From contig JAPEUI010000023.1 in the NCBI GenBank assembly GCA_026025075.1, positions 1-64,000 of the forward strand: a stretch of DNA of 64,000 nucleotides. Reading direction: 5' to 3'. Source of the DNA: Vezdaea acicularis. Lineage: Eukaryota. Shown here one piece after another: positions 16,173-28,692 of the stretch. The notes under the pieces are model-generated. The model was not told where the DNA came from, did no database searches, and saw only the letters and a program-made list of their open reading frames with translations. The translations under genes and the position numbers were made by a program. Each line of letters starts with the position of its first letter. The stretch's first letter is position 1.

Positions 16173-17659
16173 ATGTCTTCCGATGACGGCTCACCCCTCG
16201 TGGCTTCAGCACGAGAGGGTGAAGAGGAGGAGAAAACTAGGCTGCAAACCTCAGATGGCGGAGATAGCGACGCAGCTGCCGCAAGCAACGACGTAGTGGA
16301 TGATCTTTCTGACGATGACTCCGTCCTCTCTGAAGTCGATGAAGCACAATTTGAGAACTTCGACCCAACCAACATCGCTATCGAGGCACGCCCAGTAGCT
16401 GTCGATGAGACAAACGTTGGGCTTCTTGGCGTCCACAAGCGGAAAAGAGCTGACGGCGATAGGGAGGGAGAGGGAGCGCCTAAGAAGAAGAAGGAAAGTA
16501 AACGAGAAAAGAAGTCACGCAGGAAGAAGGACAGCGATGATGATTTCAGCGGAGGGGAAGAACTTCAGGGTAAGCGGGAGAGAAAGTCTAAGCCGTTGCC
16601 GGAGGCAGAGAGGAAGAAGAGGAATGAAGCCAGGGCTAGGGCTACCTCTCCTGAGAATGAAGAGCATCTTACACCCGAAGAGCGTATGTATTACTTCATA
16701 CCTTAATAGAGCAAACAATAACAATGTTAGGCCGCCGGCGAGAACTCGACAGAGCCATGGATGCGGCTATGAAAAGCCGTGGCCAGCGCCGCAGTAAGAA
16801 AGACGGGGAGGTAAGCATAATACCGTATCTGATGAGACACGGAGAAGGTGCTTATCTATCCTCCTTAGGATCTTGCCCGTAGCGCCGATGATGAGATCGA
16901 AGCCCTCCGCGAAGCTATGGTAAAAGCGGCACAATTGGACTCGACAGCGCGCAGTGAAGGCAAGCCCGCTATGCATAAACTTAAGCTACTCCCGTCCGTT
17001 ACCCAGCTTCTCTCACGCAACTCCATTAGAGAGAACATTGTAGACCCCGACACGAATCTTCTCGAAGCTGTGAAGTTCTTCCTTGAGCCTCTTGAAGATG
17101 GTTCCTTACCGGCGTACAATATTCAGAGAGACTTATTTTCAGCATTACTTAATTTGCCGATTGGCAAGGAGGCGCTGATCTCAAGCGGCATTGGGAAGGT
17201 GACCTTGTTCTACACGAAGAGCAAAAGGCCGGAGCAAGGCGTAAAGAGGATGGCGGAGAGGCTCATAAGCGAGTGGAGTCGGCCGATCCTCAAGAGGAGT
17301 GACGATTATCATCAGAAGAGATATGAGACCAAAGATTACGTCCAACCGTATGCTCACCTCCTCTACACTTCATTTCTCTTCCTTCACCTCTTGGCATTGG
17401 TACTTACTCTCTTCTCTCCCTATATAGGGCACTACCCCACCGCCCACCGCCTCCACCCTCGCAAGTCGTTCTCACCGCAGCTCAACACCGCGAGAAGCTG
17501 CTTGCTCAACCTCCACGCAATCCCAACCGCGCAAGACTCGAGGATGGGCCCAAGAGTTATACCGTCGTGCCCAGAAGCACAAATGTGGTGCCTGGTCTTG
17601 TGAGGCAGAGTGGGGATGCTTTGTCTAAGAAGATGAAGGCGGCTCGTGCGAAGAGATAG
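16173..17659 (+). CDS. IWS1: Transcription elongation factor Iws1/Spn1
   Basis: Acidic/basic N-terminus; KPAMHKLKLLP..FFLEPLEDGSLPAYNIQ..SGIGKVTLFY..LISEWSRPIL (TFIIS-N-like IWS1 domain). Confidence 0.93.
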
Positions 17660-18518
17660 GCTGTGACACAGACTGGGTGTTAGGATATGATAATGGAAAA
17701 TTTCTTACTCCGTCTCTCCTGGGATGGCTCTGGCGTTGCGCAGGAAGCTTTTAGTTTAGTTAGAAGGGCATGCTGCAATCGCATTATGACGGCGTCTGGT
17801 ATCGTCGGCGTGGAAGATCACAGACATGCATAACTTGTAAAGGCTTCAGCATACAGATGAAGCTAATAAAATAATATGTTCGTATGGAGCTACGTGTATG
17901 TGCGACTGAATTATTCATTCGCGCTCTTTTCGACAAGTCTCCGTTGAAGGGTTGGAGCAAGTACCAAACTGTCCCCCCAACTGTCTCTCCTCTCCCCTCC
18001 TCCTTTTTATCGCAATCATCCGATAATCTTCTATTAACAAGCGCACCTTCTACCATATACCACGAAAGAATCACTCCTGCCCAAATTACCATGGCTCGAA
18101 TACAAATGCAGGTGGGCCGTTAGGAAGAAGAGGAATTCGAATTCAGCAATAATAGAAGCTCCGTTTTTACCTTTCTTTATGCCATGTTCAGGTAGAGAGA
18201 ATACTGAGAGCGAGTTTCAGGACTTGCATCGCCTGCCCATAGCATGTTACGAGTTATAAGTTAAGGATTTGGGGCTGGGGGCAGTAAGGTGTCGATAGGA
18301 GTCAGCGATCTGCTTGAAGAGAATGTTTGATTGTCGATACGTGCGGCGTAGTAGGCTAGGGCTAATATATGGGTATGAAAGCAACTTTCGGGAATAAATA
18401 TATAAAATCGTGAATAGCACGAAATGTCAAGCCTTACAGATCACTGGCCATGCTCTAGGTACTCAGTCATTCAGAGAAGCCAAGCTCTTCCAAAGCAAAG
18501 GAGCTTCACTCTACCACC

Positions 18519-20963
18519 TCAATGATGCACCCCGTTTGCTCCGTTTGCTCCAGTTGTCCCGTTTGGTGTGATATCATGCTGGCCATCCCCTTGCCAGTGC
18601 GCTTCTGGCTGCTGCTGGACGATGCCATTCCCATTACAGCAGTCTCCATTAGTCCCATTAGTCCCATTAGTCCCATTGGTTTCCTTACTACCGTTTGTTA
18701 GAACCGAAGCTAGGTTCTTGGAACTCGGCACATCTAGCGCTGGGTTTTGAGTGAAGAAGTCCGCTGGCTTGATGTGTAGGTTGTGGATCTCCACGGGCCT
18801 GTCATGATAACGTGAGCAAAAGAGTATGAAATGCTGAGAACACAGGCACAGTTGGAAATACTTACATCACAGGCCAGTCCTCAACTCTTGGGTTGTGAGT
18901 CAGGCCAAACACATTCCATACAACCACATCGTCGCCCTCCTTGTCAAAGGTCTCACCCCTAGCAATAGCATCCCTTACCCCATGTTTCTCGCTCTTGCTC
19001 TGGTTGGTGAACTCGCCGCCAGCCCACAACTCGCCGTCCTTGTATTTCGTGACCCAAACATGATGCTGTGCAAATTGCGCACGCTTCGCGACAATGGAGT
19101 CGGGGTGTGCGAGGAGTAGTTGTGTTGCAGATGGAATGAATTTGTACGCTACTGGTTTGCCTGATATTGGGTTTGTATGGCTGGGGTTGATCATCTTGAC
19201 CGTGAGGTTGGTGCTAGGCGAGGCATTAAAGCAGGTGGGTTTCGTGACAGGAGTGTTGACGATCTGGTATCCATTACCCCACGGGTTGATGTCTGGTTCC
19301 ATCGGTAGAGGCAGGGTTTCCTCCTTTACAATGGTGTTCTTGGCGCCATCGACACTTGGATCGATTCGAACACAGAATATATGCTGGTGATTCTGGGCCA
19401 TGGCTCCAGGCGCAACGACGTTGCCATACGCACTCGTCTTCCCAGGATCGATGTTGACTACGGAGACGACTCCAGTCGCGCGGACCTCCACGTTGATCCC
19501 CCCAGCTTGGTCGAATTTATAAGCAAAGACATACTCATAGTTGGCCAAGGTTATGATGAACTGGACTACAAGCTCGCGAGAGCGGGTGACTACAGCTCTC
19601 CCCGTGCGAAAATTCGTATGTTTCCAACCAATGCCATTGTCTTGCTCGTGAATGCACACAACATTCTTTGATAGTGTTGGAGTGCCATCAAATTCAATGG
19701 ATAGAGCATCCAGATACTGCATAAGGTTAGCAGTTGGGGGCTGTGTGTGCGTGGGAGTGCGGACAAACCTTGATCACACCAAGGCAATCACATCCAAGTT
19801 GAAGATTATTGGCAGATCTACCAGCGCCACCATCACCAAAATCGAAGGCCTGCTTCCTGTGGTAAGGGGGCCTTGGATCACCATATGGGACAGTCTATTC
19901 TTGTCAGCAAATGCTGTCAGTGAGTATCACTGAACTTACCATTTCGCTGAAGCTCATTCGGTAGAGTACTGGTCGGCCATCATATGTGACGTTGTGTAGT
20001 ATAGCGCCCTCCCGAGGAGTAAAACCAACTATGAATTTCCACTTCTGCCACTCGACCAGAGAATCATCGCTAACTTTAAAGGACGGCCCTTCGGGCTGTA
20101 CGACATTCAAGGGTTTCAAGTCCTTCCGCTGTGGCTCTCGGAGCAGCTCAGGAACATAATCTGAAGGAGCACAGTGATCGATCACGTTTCGATTTGGTGT
20201 TCGGTATCCTAAGTGGTCATCCTTACCCCCTGTCGCGCACTTATCAACCCTGAAGATCTCCCTAGTGCGGCAATCCATGACAGGTATAATCGGTAAGGGG
20301 TAGCCATAGTGATTAGCATCGGGGTTCTCAGAGCGTGCATCACGAGCAAAGCAGAGGCCTTGCAAATGTCGAGGGACAACTTCTTCCGGATCAGGGCCCC
20401 CATATGGCCAAGGATCTATGGTGACGACGAAGCCTTCGGGAAGTTCAAAGTCGGCGATCGCATCCTTCAATAAATGAGACTTGTTGCAAGCTTCTTCGAA
20501 GATCTTGAACTCAGGTCTAGGATTAAAAGGTTAGAACAATCATAGAGAGGTGAGATGAGGGGTCAAACATTGCCGCAGCAGATTGAAATGACCCTCCGAC
20601 TTGGCGTTGGACTGTTTCCGTGGCAGTGTTAACGTCTACTAAAGACTCAGTGTACTCGTGTGCCTTGTTCGGGTGGATCACATCGTATTGAACACGAGCA
20701 AGGCGGGCAGGGCGAGAACCATAAGACTTCAGTTGGCCTCTTTGCTCAGCAGCAAGGAAGGGTCGTAGTTCATCTTTTGCTGGCTCCTCTAGGTAGATAG
20801 AACGGAATTGGAGCACCGATGAAGACCCCCTGGCCTTGATTATAGTATCACGAGCTTTGACGGTCTCATCAATACTAAGCTGACTCAAAGGGTGAGGCAG
20901 AGCTTGCAACTTGGAGGAAGAAAGAGAGACAGAAGAGAGGGTAGATGCAACTGCTTCCAACAT
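18519..20963 (-). CDS. Copper amine oxidase (TPQ-dependent)
   Basis: HPLSQLS N-terminus, WQKWKF, TLANYEY (TPQ consensus NY[D/E]), HQH copper ligands, GLTHNPRVEDWPVMP; several introns. Confidence 0.95.
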
Positions 20964-21778
20964 GATTATTATTGGACAGAATCAGACGCAGTAATGGGAG
21001 GTAATATATATATGGGGTTGAATGAAGATAATGCTAACAAGTCCTGTTAGCATCCAAGATGGAAATAGCCGAAATGATGTATTGCGGGGTGACTGAAATA
21101 TATAATGGATAGTGGTGTATGTCCCCAGCAAAGAGGAAGACTCATACAGCTTGTAGGGGCTTCCGAGATCGACAACCAGGTAAGCCAGTGGAAAACAGAA
21201 GGGAGGACTGGGCCGGGTGTACTATGCTTTGGGGCATGAGCAGCAATTGAACAAAGGCAAGAATTCCTCCCACTTATCCCACCTCCAGCGCCGTCAATGG
21301 CTATCGATAACGGCCAATGTGCCGTGATGAAGCTTCGCAAGGACATTCCCAATCGAGTCAAAGAGCTTCGTCGACGTTTAGCGGCCCCCGATAGCCGGGG
21401 GCTTTCGGTGCATCATTTTCTTCGGGTGGGCATTACTGTCACGGGATCCAGTGACCAAGGCCAGTTGAAGATGACGAAAGCACCCATGGCTCTGATTTTT
21501 CTTGGTATGCAGAGCATGCAGGTAACACCTAAATCAGTTCTATGGAGGGCCTAGCACCGGTGCTGGGGATTTCACGTGGTTTCGTTATCTGATTGGCCAA
21601 ATTCTCGCACGCGATCCGTCTCGCGAAACTTCACGTCTTCCATCTCGAAGTCAAACGGTGGAAAAACAACAGGACGCACATCCTCTGACCGACGACTTTC
21701 AATTCTTCTAATATCATCCTGACTCATTGCAAACCGCATCCGACTCCTCCTTTTATCCTTTTGAAGCCTTCAAACATT

Positions 21779-22268
21779 ATGTCTGACCACCACGAAGTCA
21801 CGATGGGCGATATTGATGACCATCATGAAGGCCCCACTACTGCCGAGAAGGGCAAGATGAAGATCCCTGAGACCCACGATGCAAGCATGGGTGAGGATGA
21901 AGAGGAAAGTTCTGATGAAGAAACAGGGGCTGAAGATGCTGTGTGTCCCCTCGTGTGCCCTCGATTTTATTTCTCCTTGATGAAACCGTACTGACAAGTG
22001 CGCTTTAAGGGTCATGATGATGGTACGTTATAGCGCATTGCCTCTCACATTGGCATTGATTCTCTTCTTACGCTACATAGATGAGGAGGAAGATGGGATT
22101 AATGAGGAGATTGACCCTTCAAATATTGTCGGCAGTCGCACTCGCGGCAAGAAGATTGACTTTCGCAAAGCGGCCACAGAAGCAGGCGATGAGCTTGAAG
22201 AGGACGAAGATGACGACGATGACTTCCAAGCACCGGCTGAGCATGGTCATGACGCAATGGAGGAGTAG
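21779..22268 (+). CDS. CHZ1: Histone H2A.Z chaperone Chz1
   Basis: Small acidic two-exon protein with the CHZ motif EEIDPSNIVGSRTRGKKIDF. Confidence 0.9.
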
Positions 22269-23239
22269 AAAAACCAGCGATATTAGCGCAGGGTGGTCTG
22301 ATACGAACTCGTTTGATCGCGACATCAGTAATGACAGCCCTCATCCACTTTTACAAGCGCCTCACAGCATCGCTAGAACTTCTCCCGAGTCTTACCTTAA
22401 GCGATAAAAGTTAGATAGGGGCATGGACATTATCGTCGATTATGGGAGGCAACTCTTGTGCAGGGTGACAGAAATGAAACCCCAATCTCCTCATAACTCT
22501 GACCTGTTTCAAGGCCCTTGTGATTCTGCTCAGATATGTACGAACTTTTAGTCCTCCAGTCGTGTGCAATTGCGCGTCTAGCTCATTGCAGTGGTCGAAG
22601 CGGGTCGAGTATGTTCTGAGGGTAGACTTATCTCGAGTTTGGTTTCTAAAGCCGATACCTTCCCCACTTATCTCGAATACTTTCCTTTCCACGATACGGA
22701 CAGTCAAATCTTGCAAAATCCGCCCAAGACGAGCGCTGTTGCTGTATATATTCGGTTCGAAGAAGCGCTCTTAATCCGCTTTTACCCCCTTGATTTTTTT
22801 GAGATGATAGTCTTTTGGACGTTCTTGCTAAGACACAATGATTCTATAGGCAGAAGCGGCATGATTCGTGCGTATGATGGATTATGAGGTCTTGTCTGAA
22901 AGGAAAATATAGGATTTTGTAAGCAGCCGCTGGTTGTGCGTAACCAAGCAGTTCGGCTTCCCAAAAATGGAATTGGGGTAGGGTAACTCCCTACCAAGAA
23001 AAATCCAGGTCACATGAGCATGATTGAAAGAAATATGAACAAATTCACGATTCTCTATTCCGTGCAGATGTGTATCTCTATAAGAGTTATTCGGTAAGTA
23101 GCAGAGCGCTCATATCCATTTTTCGGCTTTGTTGATACCCCCTGTCCTTCTGAAGTCTTGGCAACCGTCATCCCTGGACTCGCCAAAAAAAGTGTCCTTT
23201 GAACGCCTCCTTTCCGAACTACTCTACAACCACACAGTC

Positions 23240-24045
23240 ATGGCATCAAGGCAAGTCCGTCCTGATTACCTCGCTGGCTAATATAGAGGATAAATTCCTG
23301 ACTCCCTTTCAGTAGATTTGGCGCCTCTTCCCTGCATCAGCGGGATCCTCGCTCAGCGTTATTTTCGAACTATCATGGCGACCGGACCACTAGTGGGTCG
23401 CCCTCGCGAAATTTAGGTGGTAGCGGTGGTTATGGATATGGCGGTGAGAGCAGTAGAGCTGCAAGTGGAAGCCCGTATGGGGATATGAATGGTGGTCCGG
23501 GCGGCTTCAGGCCTGCGAGTCCAAACAAGAAGTAAGCCGAGTGTCGCCTCTTCAAGTCATGCAAGGAGGGATCAAGGGCAGGGATACTGGGAACACCGAG
23601 GGTTCAGTGAAATTGGGAGAACCATCTGGAAATAGTGAGAACTGACTTGTATCCGTAACAGGGGCCAATACAGCGATGCAGTCTTGTCTGAGCTTGAATC
23701 CCAAAATGACACTCAGCTCGAAGGCATGTCCGCCAAAGTCAAGATGCTCAAAAACATCACTGTTGCTATTGGAGACGAGATTAGAGACTCTTCGGCACTT
23801 GCGGAGAAAATGGTAAGGCTCGCCCTTTGTCAGAGCCCCCGTCTCTATTCACATGTATCACGACCACGAAAGCTGATTACGATTTCCTCTTGCAGAATGA
23901 CTCCTTCGATAACACACGAGTTCGCCTCCGAGGTACGATGAACCGTATGCTGCGGATGGCAGAGAAGACTGGAGTAGGCTGGCGGGTCTGGCTAGGCTTT
24001 TTTGCGGTCGTAACAGTGTTGTTCTGGTATGTGTGGCTTTTCTAG
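23240..24045 (+). CDS. BET1: ER-Golgi Qc-SNARE, Bet1-like
   Basis: MASR|FGASSLHQRDPRSALF...LSELESQNDTQLEGMSAKVKMLKNITVAIGDEIRDS and a C-terminal TM segment; first intron is GC-AG (23251-23315). Confidence 0.85.
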
Positions 24046-24316
24046 CCACATTTGAGCTGTGAAAACTGGGGGGCTCATATCATTGTTATTTGGGAGGTTA
24101 CATGGCACTGCATAGAGCGATGGCGTTAGAGGGGTGCTGTTGGTATTTAGCATATGTGTGCTTGTTTGCTCCCACATCCCTTTTCTCGCTTCTAAAGGGA
24201 TTGAACATCTACTTCATGAGACTGTTCGATGATACCCTTACGCAGTCCCGTGCTTTATTGAACAACATACTGCTAGTGAAAAGAATGTTTGGGCATAACA
24301 TTAGAACCATTATGTT

Positions 24317-25012
24317 CTAAGACGGTACGCTTCTGCCCGCCGACCCGTCACTCTCCTCGTCTTCGGTATCTGTATGCTCCCACTCCCCACTCCCCTCTTC
24401 GTCCGCCTCCGCACTCGGCACATCATCGTCTAGATCCCTTTCTGGCTCTTCGTCCTCCGCCTCTGTGGCAACATCAGCATCCGGAACATCGTCATCTAAA
24501 TCCCTTTCTTCCTCCTGTCCCTCTTCGCCTTCTCCGCCCCACTCTGCCTCCACTCCCCCGGGAAACTCAATACCCTCCTCCATTTCCGCCTCTGTCTCCG
24601 CCATTCGTTCTTCCCGCTCTGCCTTTTCTTCGAGGCCCGCAGCAAGGGTCTTGGCTACCCCTGGGGGACGTAGCCAGTGCGCCCCAAAGCGCTGGATGTG
24701 TAGCTTGCGAGCTAATATGGCGTTTTCGTCCGCTGAAAGGCGTGCGAGGGGTGTAGGTTGAGCTTGTAGGTTTCGACGGGAGTGAAGAGAGGGTATGTGA
24801 TGCGCTGAGAACGGATCGGTAGTTTGAGTGGCAGTTGGTGGTGGTGGAGCAGACGTGTTTGGGGGCGTATACCAGAGTTTGTGGGCCTAGACGATGTGAG
24901 CAGGCAAGCGTGAACATTTTAAGGAATGTGAAATCGTGAGATGTAAGTTGACAGACTAGAGGTATAGGGGACCTACATCATGTGGATGAATAGACGGGAG
25001 TGAGGAAAGCAT
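24317..25012 (-). CDS. Apc15/Mnd2-like anaphase-promoting complex subunit
   Basis: Exons 25012-24977 and 24886-24317: MLSSLPSIHPHD|AHKLWY...LARLSADENAILARKLHIQRFGAHWLRPPGVAKTL..., then an acidic tail with 2x ERDLDDDVP. Confidence 0.82.
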
Positions 25013-25780
25013 GATTGCTCCTCAAAGGTTGCTAGAGGTGGGTCTTCGAGGTAGAATTCTAGAAGGCTTCTCGCTTTCGCTGCTAATATCTGATATCTCA
25101 GGAGCGTCTCCTCCTACGCTGGGGTAAAAGAAAAGATATGATGCGCATGCAGCGAGATCGTTGTGGATGAGTCTTCGCTGTGTGCATCGGTCGTGATTTC
25201 AAGAGCTCTCGCGAAGTATAAACAAAGAGATTGTATGCTCAGTAGGTATCGCAGTCTCACAGTCTACAGAGAATGTGTCTCCCACAGGGCTACAATAACA
25301 ATTCGTCAAACGGTCAAGGACCAACTCTTAGCTCATCCTGATTAGGCAAGCATTCAGATCGCTGGAGCGCCACACGCTGGCCCAAGACCTCGTGGCGCGA
25401 CTAAGCATAATGGCCAATCAAATTTCTGATGCCTTCAGAAGCTCAAATTCAAATTTGTAATTGAGATGACTATATTTGCGCAACAAAAAAGAGACAAATA
25501 CTCCAGAGCCTAGCTAAAGATGGGAATAGCTAAATGCTTAAGCACTGGTGTTAGTCCAGGCCTTGAGACGCAGGGGTCATCGGCGACCACATCAAGCGAG
25601 CTTTTAAAGCTTTTGGGATTTCTGTGATGTGTGTCAACATCGCCCAACGGGAGTACCCACCTGTGCCCCAACTGCAAAATACTTTGTCGCAAAAGCCCGA
25701 ATTCCCTTACATCAAATCCCCTACAGGTGGGAAAATTACCATCTTGACGCCTTCAGGCGCAGGGTAGGGCCACCGCAATC

Positions 25781-26750
25781 ATGAATCTCTTCAGGCTGCT
25801 AGGCAAGTCGTCCCCCAACCGATCCTCATGCGCCGCTCTCAAGAGAGCTTTAGGTTCTGGCCATTGGGAAGAACAGTTGCTGATCGCAGATCTGAATGCA
25901 TACAGCGGACCTGTCGCATCTTATATCAATCCTTATTTTATTACATAAGATGCGAACATCGCACGTACGAACTCCCTTGCCCCTTAACAGCAGCTTCCTC
26001 GATTGGGCTGACCGATTACAAAGAGTTGTTCCGGTATATCATTTAAGTCACAAGCATTATACTTTATTGTATACGTTACAAGATATCTGGGTAACCCTGC
26101 TCTGGGGAGCACGACAGTAGGACCATAGGCACGCTAATAATGAGTAGATATCTTTTGGACCTTCACGGACTCCCTTTATAATACCACCTTCAAACTGATC
26201 TTTCTCGCCTCATCTGCCTATACAATATATCTGATGGTCAATGACTACAAACCAACTCACGACCCCAATGTAGATACTTTCAAAGTTCAATACCTGCTCG
26301 GTGGGAGTGCTCTAATGGCCATTTTGTGGCCTGCTAAGTATACGATCCCTGAGGTCCGTAAGCTACCACCTACTACTGGATCGGTGAGGATTTCTAAACA
26401 AGGTGTATAATAGATGCTCTGGACCTTCTCTATCTGGCTTGAGGCCGTCGCTATCTTACCCCAGCTTTTCATGCTACAGCGCACAGGCGAGGCGGAAACG
26501 ATCACAACACACTACCTTTTCGCTCTTGGAGCGTATCGTGCTTTATATATACCAAATTGGATTTACCGTTATTTCGCGGATAACTTTTTTGAACCTGTTG
26601 CCGTGGTGGCAGGCATCTTACAAACAGTACTCTACTCAGATTTCTTCTGGATTTACTACACAAAGTATACTCTTCACTCATCTATATCTTACAAGACGCT
26701 AACAATCTTGCAGAGTCCTTAAAGGCAAGAAGTTCTCGCTGCCGGTGTAG
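25781..26750 (+). CDS. ERD2: ER lumen protein-retaining (HDEL) receptor
   Basis: [23 protein letters not shown]...[48 protein letters not shown]...KFSLPV*; first intron is GC-AG (25803-25905). Confidence 0.96.
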
Positions 26751-27138
26751 GTTTGGTTAGACGATTTGACTGCATGTCAGGAGTTCACCGCAAATCTAAT
26801 GAAAGGCTTGATACCCAAGGGCGGCAGGTCGTCGGTGATGTAGGCTGCGTTCTATTAGCGCGGACGACTTTTGATAGCCTGGGACAGCCCAATGTAATAG
26901 AAATGAAAAAAGGGCACAGTGATGCATAATTGCAAAGTCATTTCGATTGTTTGATTGAAATTCTTTAGCAGGGGCTGGTATTCTCGCCTATTAGTCTTTA
27001 GTAACAATTGTGGCTAGACTTGATCTGGAATAGCCCCCAGCTTGTTCATCGAAGGCACCAAATAACAACGTTGTCTTCCCGTAACATCGGGATGGTTAAG
27101 GCACATAAAGGTACTTGACAGAAGGTCCATCATTCCTC

Positions 27139-27741
27139 ATGGGCTGGTGGCGGGAACCTTCTCCTGCTAAAGACGCAGCGATTCCCCTGCGCGTCGGGAA
27201 CGACGATGTCAACGAAACTGCGAATACTTCAGATGACTCTAGGACGCCGACAAGACCTAAAACTCTCTCACGAGACCAACAGGCCGAGCTCGAGCTGCAA
27301 GAGCTCTTTGAATCGCTCGCAGCAGACTCATCAAATCAAGCCCGACCCCAAAAGTCCGCTCAACCTCCGGAAAACTATAATGCCTCTTGGGACATAAGCG
27401 CCGACTCTCTCTTCCCATCCCAGATGTCATGCCGCGAGGCTTTCGACAGCGCCTTCTACTGCCAATCCTTGGGCGGCCAATTCAACAACGTCTACCGTCA
27501 CGGTGGCCTTCGCAATTGCAGCGAGCATTGGGGCAATTTCTGGTTCTGTATGCGGACGAAGGGTCACTCCGAGCCTCAGAAAAGCGCGATGATTAGAAAC
27601 CATTACCGCAAGAGGGCGGCGAAATACAAGACGGGGCCGAGCAGTGAAGACGTTTGGAAGGTCAGGACGGAGCCACTTGAGGGAGCTTTCCAGAAGCCAA
27701 TTCCTGAGGAGCGAGAAGAAAGTGAGAGCTCGCACGCTTGA
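27139..27741 (+). CDS. EMI1: Emi1/DUF3128 twin-CX9C protein
   Basis: SCREAFDSAFYCQSLGGQFNNVYRHGGLRNCSEHWGNFWFCMR and GPSSEDVW motifs. Confidence 0.85.
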   Translation: MGWWREPSPAKDAAIPLRVGNDDVNETANTSDDSRTPTRPKTLSRDQQAELELQELFESLAADSSNQARPQKSAQPPENYNASWDISADSLFPSQMSCREAFDSAFYCQSLGGQFNNVYRHGGLRNCSEHWGNFWFCMRTKGHSEPQKSAMIRNHYRKRAAKYKTGPSSEDVWKVRTEPLEGAFQKPIPEEREESESSHA

Positions 27742-28692
27742 GTCGTCTTACGTGCTTGCCTGGCCAGAATGTCAAGTGGCTCGAGTCAAGGAGCGGCACT
27801 TGGAGAGCGTGTTGAGTCCTTATGAAGCACGAGAAGTTGTATGGGGGAAGGCCTGATGGGCTGGAACAGCACCAGCAGCACCTCTCAGCTTGGCTAGCGG
27901 AGAGGATGGAGGCCCTGAAAAGGTGTATAGCTGTTGTATACCCGCAAGATCATCGTGAAAATCAGACTCATACACGCTGAACTGAGGGATACCCGACTAA
28001 CTGGTCGCTGGGAGATAGCATGGTTCTGACGCTTGCGGCATCAGTCATGCATTTGCAATAAGCTGTACATAGGATATTTGATTTGGGCCACCCCTCCTTG
28101 AGCATGATCGCATCTCTTGTAGAAATCGACGGCTCGGTTCAACACAGCACTTCCTTTCAGCTTTTGGCGTAATGTTTGGAAGCGGCATTAGAATAGTTCC
28201 AAACAAACATAAAGTAAAAGTGGAGAGATGGTAGAGCTTTTGATTGATCGAGGCTCTATATACTAAATGAACTCTTATGCTTGACAGATAATTCGAGGAA
28301 AGAGACTGGGAAATCTAAGCTCGAGAACGAGTGTGAAGCTAATCTGAGAATAGAGAGCAAATGATGTCAAAGTTAGAAGTACAACTATCTGCGAGTGAAG
28401 AATCCTAACTCATTTTACTGCCAATTACCACGTAGACTGACGAAGCACAAAAGCTTAAAACTTCCTTGCCACGCAGCTACCAACCCGCCAGTTAAGACTT
28501 TGGTAAACCAAAGACATACATCTACTGCTTTTAGAATCCTAAATCAGTCATCCCTAAAGACAAAAGGTCAGGCCTGCAGACGACAGAGCTCTGTATTGTT
28601 AGATGCTGTAAGTTAGACGCTACCATTTGAGGAGAGCGACATTGCAAAGAAAAGACTAAAAGACTTCTGCAGAAAATAGTCTAAGATAAGAG

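Noticed and set aside
22411..22997. - strand ORFs of 101 and 71 aa between CHZ1 and BET1
   Set aside because: No motif support and no convincing gene model; an orphan gene cannot be excluded.
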